Positions 22,692-33,050 of a stretch of 64,000 bases of DNA are shown here, piece by piece. Each line of letters opens with the position of its first letter. Position 1 is the first letter of the stretch. Made by a program: the position numbers and the translations under genes. Origin of the DNA: Diplonema japonicum (Eukaryota > Protista > Euglenozoa: Diplonemea); the NCBI GenBank assembly GCA_964019335.1, contig OZ025754.1:124001-188000 (forward strand), given 5' to 3'. The notes beneath the pieces were generated by a model. That model was not told the origin of the DNA. It made no database searches and saw only the letters and a list, made by a program, of their open reading frames with translations.

Positions 22692-24223
22692 CTTCCCAAA
22701 CATACCCCTCTCTCCGAAGGTCTCTACCTTCTTCCCACCATGCTGCCTCGCAGCGTTCAGGGCCCGCTTCTTGCGCTTCTTCTCGCTCTCGGTTCTCTTC
22801 ATCTCTTCTTCGTAGAATTCCTTTGCCTGCCGCTGTTCGTCCTCTGCACTGTCTTCCTCTGCACTGTCTTCCTCCTCGTCATCTTCTTCGTCATCACCTT
22901 CAGCTTCGTCTTCATCCTCATCTTCTTCTTCTTCGGCCTCTTTAGCTTTTTTTGCAGCAGCGGCGTGGCGTTCCTTTCTGGACTTAACCAGGTCCATGAT
23001 CGATGTAGCGTTGAGGACGTGGGAGCCTACGCCCATGTCCTCTTCACTGTCGTCGTCCTGTAGAAGGCTTGTGTCTGTGAGGTTCATGCTCTTTGCGTTC
23101 TTAAGCAGTTTTTCGGATTTCTTGGTGTTGGTGGTCCTGCTCATCATGGTTTCTTCGGCCATCGACCTGTTCTTTCCGGACACTGTCAGCCTTCTCGACT
23201 CTCTTTCTTCTTTCTCTGCGTTTGTCAGGCCTGTTGCCCCGCCCCTTGGTGCGGAGTACACGTCGTTCCCGCTTGCCTTGACCTCAGCCAGCGCACCCAC
23301 ATCGGCACGATCCGCCTGCCCCACCTCCCCACCCGCCTCCGCAATCGCCGCCCTTGAGAGCAGCCTCGATATCTGGTGCTGCAGTTTTTTCTCAATCGGC
23401 TTCAGCTTGTCGATGTACGCGCGTAGTTCAACCAGTTTCCTGTGGTGGCGTTTTTTTTTTTTTTTTTTTGTCATACTGCACCACCGGGCTGTCCTTCACA
23501 GGCTTCCCTTCCGCCTTCAGCAGGAAATAAAATGTCAGGTGCATGAGGTATGTGATGAACAGCTGCATTTTCATCTCGAGAAAGCTGACCCCCTCGCCGG
23601 TGGGAAGCTCTCCCGACCGCACCTTGTGCAGGACGGGTGAGAGCGTGTCCTTCACGAGGGTCAGCTTTTCCTTGAACTCCGCGAGCATGGTGAGCAGCTC
23701 GGGGGCGTTCGATTTCAAAAGCGCTTGCTTCGCGTCGTGGGAGAGGGAGGAGTGGTCGACGGCAACCTGTTCGGCTGCGACAATGCCTTCCGCTTTGGAG
23801 AGGAACTTGGTCAGGGCGGACAGGTCGTTCAAGCTTTCCTTGTTGGATTGTTTGGTTTTTGAGCGCTTTGATGTCTTTGATGTCTTTACGTCGATAACGT
23901 CCGCAAAATCGTCGTCGTTGAAGTCCTCCTCGTTGAGGGCCTCCATCCTTCGCTTCTGTTCTTCCTCTGCTTCCTGTGCCTCATCGATGTCAACGTCAGC
24001 ACCTGCGTTGGCGTCGATGCCCACCCCGTACCTTTGGTATGGGTTCAGAGGGTCTAGCAGCTCGTCACCGCCTTGTTTCGTCCTGTTCAATGCGATGTCC
24101 TGCTCCTCCTCGTCGAACTCCGCGGTGTCCATCTCCTCGAGATCGAACGGGTTCGCCTCCTCGGTGTCCGCCTTCCGCCTCTTCCCACCGCCGCCGCCAC
24201 CTCCCTTTCGTTTCCGGCCAGGC

Positions 24224-24225
<2 letters not shown>
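22451..24225 (-). CDS. SAS10: SAS10/UTP3 U3-processome protein; 3 exons (23477..24225, 22706..23439, 22451..22656)
   Basis: APELLTMLAEF..GVSFLEMKMQLFITY..FYFLLKAEG..SPVVQ|KLVELRAYIDKL (Sas10/Utp3/C1D) and C-terminal RKISSEINRNKGL..NPRVR..VRSIPL. Confidence 0.9.
22657..22705 (-). other. 49-nt GT-AG intron with poly(A) tract
   Basis: AGGG|GTATGTTTGGGAAG(A)nCGCAG|AGGGC; restores the frame to the Sas10 C-terminal domain. Confidence 0.88.
23440..23476 (-). other. 37-nt GT-AG intron with poly(A) tract
   Basis: GTGCA|GTATGAC(A)nCGCCACCACAG|GAAACTG; restores SPVVQKLVELR. Confidence 0.9.
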
Positions 24226-24258
<33 letters not shown>

Positions 24259-24294
24259 CTGTGGTTGGGATTTTTTTTTTTTGAAGGGAACACA

Positions 24295-24329
<35 letters not shown>

Positions 24330-24331
<2 letters not shown>

Positions 24332-26009
24332 AAAGTACAGCAGCGCGGAGCTCTCGCAGTGCATCGGATTTCCGTTCCAAATCGATTGCGAGCTTGTCCT
24401 CGGTGGTCCAGGCCTCGAGGAGCATCACCACAGCGTTCCGCGACACGGCCGCCGCGAGAGGGAGGTAAGCGGGGCGGATACAGTCCGGCGCCTCGTACTG
24501 AGCGGTGACCGCAAACGGTGGTTTGAACCGCGCTGCAGGAGGCGTGGGCGTCGCGAACCCGGCTATGTACCGAAAGTCCGGGGGGTTCTCCAGTAAAAAT
24601 CCGGACAGCCCCTCAGCAAACCCAACCTGCTCCTGCGTGAAAGTGGGAAGCAGCTTGTTGCAGCACAACGCCAGGTCGCACAGCGTACGGCACACACCCC
24701 GCGGAAGCAAGAAATTGGAAATTATCCGTTTCTGAACTATGTCGGAGCATCCAAGCGACTTTGCAGCTTCTAACAGACTTCCACATACATTGCAGACTTC
24801 TGCGGGAACGGATCCTTCTCGGTACGAAATTGCGATGAGGTTCTCAAGTTTTTTTGCAGCAAGCGGAGCTTTTCCCATTTCGTGGATCACACCCGTCACC
24901 AGCAAGGCGCTCCACTCGAACAAACCGTTCCCCGCGTAGACCCCGAGCAGCGTAGTGGCAAAGGTCGCCACACCCTTCGTCAAATCCATGAATGAGACAC
25001 TTATCTCACCAATATTTCGAATCTCAAGCGAGATAACCTCTCTGAGAAGCTCCATGGACAAACCCTCCGCAGCGCACGCCTTGACGACCCCAACACACGC
25101 AGCGCCTTGTTCCGACATGGGTATCCTGCTTAAACACTCGACAAGCCTTGTCAACTGCGTGTGCAAAACCTGCCTCAGGTAGTCGAAAACAGGTTCGGCC
25201 AACGGTGGAACGGGGTAGCACGGAAGCGTCCTACCAGTGGAGAACTCATACGCGGACACAAGGCATCTCCACAGAATTCTCATATCGGGAGCGGTAATCT
25301 GCGACAGAACATACGGGGTGGTGCTGGTACTGTCTTGAACTGACAGCGTCGTTGGGTTCGCTTGGTAAAGATGCACCAAATCCGTGTATAGAACACGGTA
25401 GGTGACACGGCCCTTGGTGCCCCATGCAATGGCGCGGTCCGTCACTGCAATCCACTGATCAGGAGATTTTACGGTAAATCGTAACACCGATGCGTGCAGG
25501 AAGAAGTCGCCCTCGGACCTTAACAGGTAGGACACGGGGTCGGCGCACAACGATGGTGCGTCGAGCCTGTCAGACTTTGCTATAATCTTCGCTTCCATTC
25601 CAAAGTTGGAACGACGCTGCACTGCGGACATGCAGAGTGTGATATCGGACGACCTTGCTAGATTGAGCCCCACGTCCCATTTTCTGCCTTTCCCTCCGAT
25701 TTTTCTTAGAAATTCGTCCCGAAGGTTCCGGATTGTGAAGACTGCAATTATAGAGCCTTTCTCGCCTGCAGCCAGAACCGTTCGCTCGCTCAGGCGGGAC
25801 GATATGACGGTTAAGAGGTCGCCGTGTTCCCAGCGCAGCGCGCCGTTTTTTTCGACCACCAGCGTCGCGTCCTTTAGACGGTCGTGCTCACCGTCGAGCG
25901 CCACCCGTTTCGACAGCTGCGAGATTTTCACAGGGAAGGCCGTGTCCTCGTGGTTGTCCTTGACACCCCCTAGCGGGGCGTCCGCGGACAGCCATATAGG
26001 GGGCTGCAT
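24330..26009 (-). CDS. Hypothetical protein, possible PH-like and degenerate RasGAP-like domains
   Basis: 559-codon ORF; LLREVISLEI..ATFATTLLGVYAG..VPAEVCNVC..ISNFLLPRGVC loosely follows the RasGAP pattern. Confidence 0.6.
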
Positions 26010-26115
26010 TTTCTTTTTTTTTTTTTTTTTCCCTCCCCCCTTGTGTGTTTTTTCTTAAAGAGTAGAGGATCCCTACTGTAGGTGAAAAACGCGGTGGTGG
26101 TCGGAAAAAAAAACA

Positions 26116-26772
26116 CTAAAGCGCCCACTTGAACTTCAGAAACTCCTTCTCCTTTTCCGTAGGCTTCCAGCAGGACCGCCATCTAATGAGGCCTTCCGAG
26201 TCAACCAGGAAGGCATAAGGGACACCAGTGTTGTTGGTGGCGATCAGCTGGTAAAGAGGTCGACAGTCAAGGGAGGAACACGTCACCTTGCCTGGTGCGG
26301 GTTCGGCGTAGGCTATGATACTTCGCCCGAGACCAGTGTCAGTTACTATGAGCCGTGTAGTGGTCCCTGGGTAGGCTTCCTCCCATGCGTCCACCGCGGC
26401 AATGGCTTCAGGGGTTGTGGAAGTGGGTTTGTAAAGAACTACAAGTTGTGATGATGGCGCAAAAACTCCGTCATCTGAGTTCAGCTCTGGGAATTTCTGG
26501 CTGTGTTCCCTCTTCAGCGGTACCGCCCCGCCTTCGAACAGCTTCTCCCCGCACAGCATCAGCTCGAACCTCTCCTTTGCCGGGCTCTGCCATAGTTTCC
26601 CGGTTTTGTACAAAAGGTCTGCATACTTCTTCTTGCTCCCCATGGCTATCCATCTCGGTAGATATTGACCTGGTTTGTACCAATCTGTCCAACTCAGTTT
26701 TTCCACCCCGTTCGCTGTCGTGTACCCTGGCCGCAGGATTTCCTTGGAAAACGCCCTCCACAGTTTCGCCAT
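26116..26772 (-). CDS. ATP10: ATP10-like mitochondrial ATP synthase assembly factor
   Basis: GEKLFEG..KFPEL and C-terminal NNTGVPYAFLVDSEGLIRWRSCWKPTEKEKEFL match the ATP10 pattern; mitochondrial-type N-terminus. Confidence 0.65.
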   Translation of the reverse strand: MAKLWRAFSKEILRPGYTTANGVEKLSWTDWYKPGQYLPRWIAMGSKKKYADLLYKTGKLWQSPAKERFELMLCGEKLFEGGAVPLKREHSQKFPELNSDDGVFAPSSQLVVLYKPTSTTPEAIAAVDAWEEAYPGTTTRLIVTDTGLGRSIIAYAEPAPGKVTCSSLDCRPLYQLIATNNTGVPYAFLVDSEGLIRWRSCWKPTEKEKEFLKFKWAL

Positions 26773-26775
26773 TTC

Positions 26776-26840
<65 letters not shown>

Positions 26841-27189
26841 CTGATAATTTATTTCAAAAATCGAGTGGGAAAAGGTAAAAAAAAAAGGGGGGGTTGGGGT
26901 GGAGAAAATTATTAGAAGAACATTTTTTTTTTTTTGAACTCGCTTTTTTTTTTTTTTTTTTTTTTCAGTATTCTTCGAGAGGGAGGGGAGAAAACTTACG
27001 CACAATTGGGCATGGGAGGGAGGAAGAGAGACGGGACACGCATTCGAGGGGGAAAAAAAAATTCTTTTTTTTAGTCATGTAAATCTAGAATAAGCAGCGA
27101 TATTTGTTCGAATATAGGGATATTTTTATAAGACCCACCATCACGAGGACCATAACAGGCTGCATTTTCTTGGAAAAATACATGACTTC

Positions 27190-27220
<31 letters not shown>

Positions 27221-27830
27221 ACATTTAAAAAAAAAGGGGGGTTGATGAGAGGAGAAGGGAAACGCGCAGGTTCAGCTGGTTTAGCAACCACTGAACATCC
27301 AGGGAGACGCCAAGAGGGTTTCTGTTTCATCCCTGTAAGTATAAAAAAAAAGGGGGGGGGGAAACTCAATGTAAGAAATAATAAATAAAAAAATTAGGAG
27401 CTAGCTATTGAAGGAATAAGTACATAAATAGAGAGGAGAAATCATATAAAAAAAAATAAAAATCAAATATCGTTCGTTTTCTTTTGTTGTCATTGTGCCG
27501 TAGAAGAGCGGGGGGAAAAAAAAATCAATTGGTCGTCGACAGGGCATAAAAAAAAAAAAAAAAAAAAAAAAAACCCTGTTTTTTCCCCCGTTTTTTACAG
27601 CAGTTCAAATATTCACCATTTCTTTTGTTCTCTTTAAAGGAGGATAACCGCATTACATTTTTTTTCAAGTCACACTATTTTCTTTTTTTTTTTTTAAAAA
27701 AACCTCTCTTTATCATAATGTTTATCAAGTTCATTAGGTAATTCATTTCTCTTTACGATAGCACATCACGCTTTTTTTTTTTTTCTCTTCTTCTTTTTTT
27801 TTCTTTCTTTCCTTTTTTCTACTTCATTTT

Positions 27831-30800
27831 TTACACCTCAATTATTTCCACGTCCTTGATTTTGTCTAGCCTGACATATCCGCTCTTTTTGTTCGAGATA
27901 AATACTAAAATAGACACCAAGGTAGCAAAGGCCACTACACACCCCACTAAAGCGTAAATGACTGATGACGGTGCCGCTCCATCCCCCATAGCAGCCTGAT
28001 GCTTTGCCAGCAGGCTGCCGTTCACACACTTGGACCAACCCCAAGAGTCAGTTGCACAATGAGTTCCATTCGGGCAGGTCATGTTGCTGCAGTTTTGGAA
28101 GACAGAAATTGTCATGTTCGTCCCATTCGCACACCTAGGAGAGCCCCAGGGGTCCACCACACAGTGGGTACCATTTGGACAGGTCATGTTGCTGCAAGGA
28201 CCGAACGAACCATTCACACACCTCGACCAACCAAATGAATCTGTGACACAGTGGGTACCATTCGGGCAGGTCATGTTGCCGCAAGACGAAAAGTTGGCAA
28301 GGTTGGTGTTGTTCACACAAACAGGTCTGGTGGTGTTCCAAGAGACACAGTGGGTGCCGTTAGGGCAAGTCATGTTGCTGCAGGGATTGAAGGTGCCGTT
28401 CACACACCTCGACCAGCCGAAGGAATCAGTTTCGCAGTGTGTGCCGTTGGGGCAGGTCATGTTGCGGCAGGGACGGAAGGAGGCAAGGGAGGTTCTGTTC
28501 ACACAGGTGGGGGTGCCAGTTGTGTTTACACAAATTGTTCCATTCAGACAAGTCACGTTCCCACAATGCCCAACTGTCTTGTTCACACACTTTCTCCAAC
28601 CCCACGAGTCCACCACACACACAGTCCCGTTCGGGCAGGTTACGTTGCTGCAGGGATCGAAAGTGGTCGAAGAGGAGTTGCTGCCGTTCACACACTTGGA
28701 CCAACCCCAAGAGTCAGTTGCACAATGAGTTCCATTCGGGCAGGTCATGTTGCTGCAGTTTTGGAAGACAGAAATTGTCATGTTCGTCCCATTCGCACAC
28801 CTAGGAGAGCCCCAGGGGTCCACCACACAGTGGGTACCATTTGGACAGGTCATGTTGCTGCAAGGACCAACAGTGCCATTCACACACTTCGACCAACCAA
28901 ATGAATCTGTGACACAGTGGGTACCATTCGGGCAGGTCATGTTGCCGCAAGACGAAAAGTTGGCAAGGTTGGTGTTGTTCACACAAACAGGTCGAGTGGT
29001 GTTCCAAGAGACACAGTGGGTGCCGTTAGGGCAAGTCATGTTGCTGCAGGGACTGAAGGTGCCGTTCACACACCTCGACCAGCCGAAGGAATCAGTTTCG
29101 CAGTGTGTGCCGTTGGGGCAGGTCATGTTGCGGCAGGGACGGAAGGAGGTAAGGGAGGTTCTGTTCACACAGGTGGGGGTGCCAGTTGTGTTTACACAAA
29201 TTGTTCCATTCAGACAGGTCACGTTCCCACAATGCCTAACTGTCTTGTTCACACACTTTCTCCAACCCCACGAGTCCACCACACACACAGTCCCGTTCGG
29301 GCAGGTTACGTTGCTGCAGGGATCGAAAGTGGTCGAAGAGGAGTTGCTGCCGTTCACACACTTGGACCAACCCCAAGAGTCAGTTGCACAATGAGTTCCA
29401 TTCGGGCAGGTCATGTTGCTGCAGTTTTGGAAGACAGAAATTGTCATGTTCGTCCCATTCGCACACCTAGGAGAGCCCCAGGGGTCCACCACACAGTGGG
29501 TACCATTTGGACAGGTCATGTTGCTGCAAGGACCAACAGTGCCATTCACACACTTCGACCAACCAAATGAATCTGTGACACAGTGGGTACCATTCGGGCA
29601 GGTCATGTTGCCGCAAGACGAAAAGTTGGCAAGGTTGGTGTTGTTCACACAAACAGGTCTGGTGGTGTTCCAAGAGACACAGTGGGTGCCGTTAGGGCAA
29701 GTCATGTTGCTGCAGGGACTGAAGGTGCCGTTCACACACCTCGACCAGCCGAAGGAATCAGTTTCGCAGTGTGTGCCGTTGGGGCAGGTCATGTTGCGGC
29801 AGGGACGGAAGGAGGCAAGGGAAGAGCTGTTCACACAGGTGGGGGTGCCAGTGATGTTCATACAAGTCGTTCCATTAAGACAGGTCACGTTCCCACAATG
29901 CCCAACTGTCTTGTTCACACACATCATCCAACCCCACGAGTCCATGTAACACACAGTCCCGTTCGGGCAGGTTACGTTGCTGCAGGAGCCGAAGGTGGCC
30001 GAAGAGGAGTTGCTGCCGTTCACACACTTGGACCAACCCCAAGAGTCAGTTGCACAATGAGTTCCATTCGGGCAGGTCATGTTGCTGCAGTTTTGGAAGA
30101 CGGAGATTGTCATGTTCGTCCCATTCGCACACCTAGGAGAGCCCCAAGGGTCCACCACACAGTGGGTACCATTTGGACAAGTCATGTTGCTGCAAGGACC
30201 GAACGAACCATTCACACACCTGGACCAACCAAATGAATCTGTGACACAGTGGGTACCATTCGGGCAGGTCATGTTGCCGCAAGACGAAAAGTTGGCAAGG
30301 TTGGTGTTGTTCACACAAACAGGTCTGGTGGTGTTCCAAGAGACACAGTGGGTGCCGTTAGGGCAAGTCATGTTGCTGCAGGGATTGAAGGTGCCGTTCA
30401 CACACCTCGACCAGCCGAAGGAATCAGTTTCGCAGTGTGTGCCGTTGGGGCAGGTCATGTTGCGGCAGGGACGGAAGGAGGTAAGGGAGGTTCTGTTCAC
30501 ACAGGTGGGGGTGCCAGTTGTGTTTACACAAATTGTTCCATTCAGACAGGTCACGTTCCCACAATGCCTAACTGTCTTGTTCACACACTTTCTCCAACCC
30601 CACGAGTCCACCACACACACAGTCCCGTTCGGGCAGGTTACGTTGCTGCAGGGATCGAAAGTGGTCGAAGAGGAGTTGCTGCCGTTCACACACTTGGACC
30701 AACCCCAAGAGTCAGTTGCACAATGAGTTCCATTCGGGCAGGTCATGTTGCTGCAGTTTTGGAAGACAGAAATTGTCATGTTCGTCCCATTCGCACACCT

Positions 30801-31280
30801 AGGAGAGCCCCAGGGGTCCACCACACAGTGGGTACCATTTGGACAGGTCATGTTGCTGCAAGGACCAACAGTGCCATTCACACACTTCGACCAACCAAAT
30901 GAATCTGTGACACAGTGGGTACCATTCGGGCAGGTCATGTTGCCGCAAGACGAAAAGTTGGCAAGGTTGGTGTTGTTCACACAAACAGGTCGAGTGGTGT
31001 TCCAAGAGACACAGTGGGTGCCGTTAGGGCAAGTCATGTTGCTGCAGGGATTGAAGGTGCCGTTCACACACCTCGACCAGCCGAAGGAATCAGTTTCGCA
31101 GTGTGTGCCGTTGGGGCAGGTCATGTTGCGGCAGGGACGGAAGGAAACATAGTTGGCGATACTACCGGGCACGCACTGTGTTCCATTTGTGCAAGCAGAC
31201 TGACCAGTACGAAGAGTGGGCGGAGCACCATAGAGAGGCAGCACGGCAGCTGAGAGCAAGATAGCTCTGAAAGAATTCAT
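27831..31280 (-). CDS. Type I membrane Cys-rich repeat glycoprotein (~33 follistatin-N-like four-Cys modules)
   Basis: Signal peptide MNSFRAILLSAAVLPLYG; modules C-x4-CPNGT-x-C-x8/9-C; TM VIYALVGCVVAFATLVSILVFI; short tail containing YVRL. Confidence 0.92.
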   Translation of the reverse strand: MNSFRAILLSAAVLPLYGAPPTLRTGQSACTNGTQCVPGSIANYVSFRPCRNMTCPNGTHCETDSFGWSRCVNGTFNPCSNMTCPNGTHCVSWNTTRPVCVNNTNLANFSSCGNMTCPNGTHCVTDSFGWSKCVNGTVGPCSNMTCPNGTHCVVDPWGSPRCANGTNMTISVFQNCSNMTCPNGTHCATDSWGWSKCVNGSNSSSTTFDPCSNVTCPNGTVCVVDSWGWRKCVNKTVRHCGNVTCLNGTICVNTTGTPTCVNRTSLTSFRPCRNMTCPNGTHCETDSFGWSRCVNGTFNPCSNMTCPNGTHCVSWNTTRPVCVNNTNLANFSSCGNMTCPNGTHCVTDSFGWSRCVNGSFGPCSNMTCPNGTHCVVDPWGSPRCANGTNMTISVFQNCSNMTCPNGTHCATDSWGWSKCVNGSNSSSATFGSCSNVTCPNGTVCYMDSWGWMMCVNKTVGHCGNVTCLNGTTCMNITGTPTCVNSSSLASFRPCRNMTCPNGTHCETDSFGWSRCVNGTFSPCSNMTCPNGTHCVSWNTTRPVCVNNTNLANFSSCGNMTCPNGTHCVTDSFGWSKCVNGTVGPCSNMTCPNGTHCVVDPWGSPRCANGTNMTISVFQNCSNMTCPNGTHCATDSWGWSKCVNGSNSSSTTFDPCSNVTCPNGTVCVVDSWGWRKCVNKTVRHCGNVTCLNGTICVNTTGTPTCVNRTSLTSFRPCRNMTCPNGTHCETDSFGWSRCVNGTFSPCSNMTCPNGTHCVSWNTTRPVCVNNTNLANFSSCGNMTCPNGTHCVTDSFGWSKCVNGTVGPCSNMTCPNGTHCVVDPWGSPRCANGTNMTISVFQNCSNMTCPNGTHCATDSWGWSKCVNGSNSSSTTFDPCSNVTCPNGTVCVVDSWGWRKCVNKTVGHCGNVTCLNGTICVNTTGTPTCVNRTSLASFRPCRNMTCPNGTHCETDSFGWSRCVNGTFNPCSNMTCPNGTHCVSWNTTRPVCVNNTNLANFSSCGNMTCPNGTHCVTDSFGWSRCVNGSFGPCSNMTCPNGTHCVVDPWGSPRCANGTNMTISVFQNCSNMTCPNGTHCATDSWGWSKCVNGSLLAKHQAAMGDGAAPSSVIYALVGCVVAFATLVSILVFISNKKSGYVRLDKIKDVEIIEV
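28020..31145. repeat. 666-bp higher-order tandem repeat, ~4.7 copies, each with 7 sub-modules
   Basis: Same sequence recurs at 28081, 28747, 29413, 30079 and 30745. Confidence 0.97.
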
Positions 31281-31936
31281 GTTTCTCGGGTAAAGTACTC
31301 CTGTGATGTGATGTGATGTGATGGGTGTGTAAGTTTATTGCAAAGACGAAAAAAAAAAAAAAGAAGAAAAACGAAAAGAAAAAAAAGAAAAAATACAAAT
31401 TCTAAGCACATATCCTATTGGATGATATTGAAGCGGAAAAAAAAAAAAGAAAAACTCAATGTACAGGACAGGCCCCCCCCCGCTGGGAAGTGGGGGGTCC
31501 ATCTGTTAATACTACCCTTCTGGGGTATTGCTTTCATCCCGATCGAGGTCGTCGAGTGTTGCGCCTACAGGCCTCCCAATGACTTAGCGGTCGTCCATTC
31601 AAGGCGTTGACACCTCCGAGGTGTGTCCTTCTCCACCCAGCGCAGTTGTAACAACCATTGAAGCAGCGGGTTCAGGTACTGGGACACGACCCCACCCACA
31701 CCTTCGAGCTCGCCAGCTGTCCGAGGAAAAAAAAAAAAAACGGGGTTGGGGGCCGGGGGATGAAAGTAAAAAAATAAAAAAAGAAAAGAAGAGAAAAAGA
31801 AACAAAAATAAAAATAAAAAAAAGAACTAGCTTACCCGAACCCTATTTTTTTTTTCTTCTTCTTTTATTACAGAGTACTTTTTTAAAAAAAAACAAAAAA
31901 AAAAAAAACAAAAAAAAAAAAACACTGTCCGTCCTC

Positions 31937-32885
31937 TTAATCCTCCCAGACAACACCTGTTTAAAAAAAACTTTTGTTTTTTGTTCCCTCCTATAAAAAA
32001 ATATTTATTCACACCGATGGCGGACGCGGGGACAAAACTACCAGTCTCATTGGTTATCGGCTGGGCTGCAGGCATCCAAATCTCACTGACGATGGGAAGA
32101 ACACCAGTAGTAGAAGATGTGAGGGTGGTAGGCTTGACAGGTGCAGCACGGGACGGTGTGGGGACTGTGGAAGACGAGGACCTCATCGAGAGCTGCTGCA
32201 GCTCGGAGGCAAGAGATCCTTCACGCTTGAGTTGCAACTCGTCGTTGAAGGGTGTTTCATGATGCTTCATGCGAGTGTTCAGGACTTGTTGAGCCACCTT
32301 GAGTTCTGCTGCTAGAGCAGCCTCCCGTTCCTCTGACCGCGACAGGGCGTCCATAAGCGACTGGGGCGATGAAGGCACCGCCGTGTGAGGCAAAACCTCC
32401 ACATTGCTAATGACATCTCGCAAGTTTTTCCGAAGGTTTTCGATCTCCGCCATCGCGAGATGCATTTCCTTCCTGGTGCACGCTGTTCCTTCATCACACC
32501 GTACGTCTGCTGCCGTCGCGTAAAACGTAGCGTACGCACTGCTGCGTGCTTCCATTTCCTCTTCCAAACAGCTTCTTCGGGCGTTGCTCTCTTGTTCCCT
32601 CGTTTCTGTCTCTCTCCGTACTTTTGTTAGCACTTTTTTTGCCACCATGCTGGCTTGTCGTCCGTACCTGTCGGTGAGTGCGTCGCAGACCGCCTTGTCG
32701 CCTTGGCTCTTGTTGATCAGCCCTGCCAGCTCTTCCTCCGTCATCCCAACCTTTACCACCCCGTGTAGATTTTGCACCACGGGTAGATGCCCCGTAGCAA
32801 CCCCCGTTGCTGGCGACTTCTGTTTCACTGGCGACTGGCTCTTTTTTGTCGCCATTATCTGGTCGAGCTTCGCCATGGCCTCCAT
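31937..32885 (-). CDS. Hypothetical coiled-coil protein (probable intron 31957..32014; 3' structure uncertain)
   Basis: Heptad-rich ORF; ATCG|GTGTGA..AAACAG|GTGTTG gives AIGVVWED*. Confidence 0.6.
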
Positions 32886-33050
32886 TCGACCTCTCCCCCC
32901 TCTCCCCCCCTCTGTATTTGGGTTTGATGTCATGAAGCACAAAAAAAGGGGATGGGGTCAATATATGCCGTACATGAACAAAAAGAAAATGGGGAGATTA
33001 CAAAAATGAAATGGGGGGGGGGGGGGGGGGGGGGGCGAACACTTTTCTTT

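Noticed and set aside
173-23476. Poly(A) introns as a family of retroposed or introner elements
   Set aside because: Apart from the donor hexamer and A-run they share no sequence, and have no consistent TSDs or TIRs.
3492-24225. Programmed frameshifting, RNA editing or stop-codon reassignment to explain split ORFs
   Set aside because: Every break examined is resolved exactly by a GT-AG intron; TAA, TAG and TGA all terminate genes, and MCM5 and GH2 read through with the standard code.
28081-31253. Repeated 215-217 aa plus-strand ORFs
   Set aside because: Antisense shadows of the 666-bp coding repeat; no independent features.
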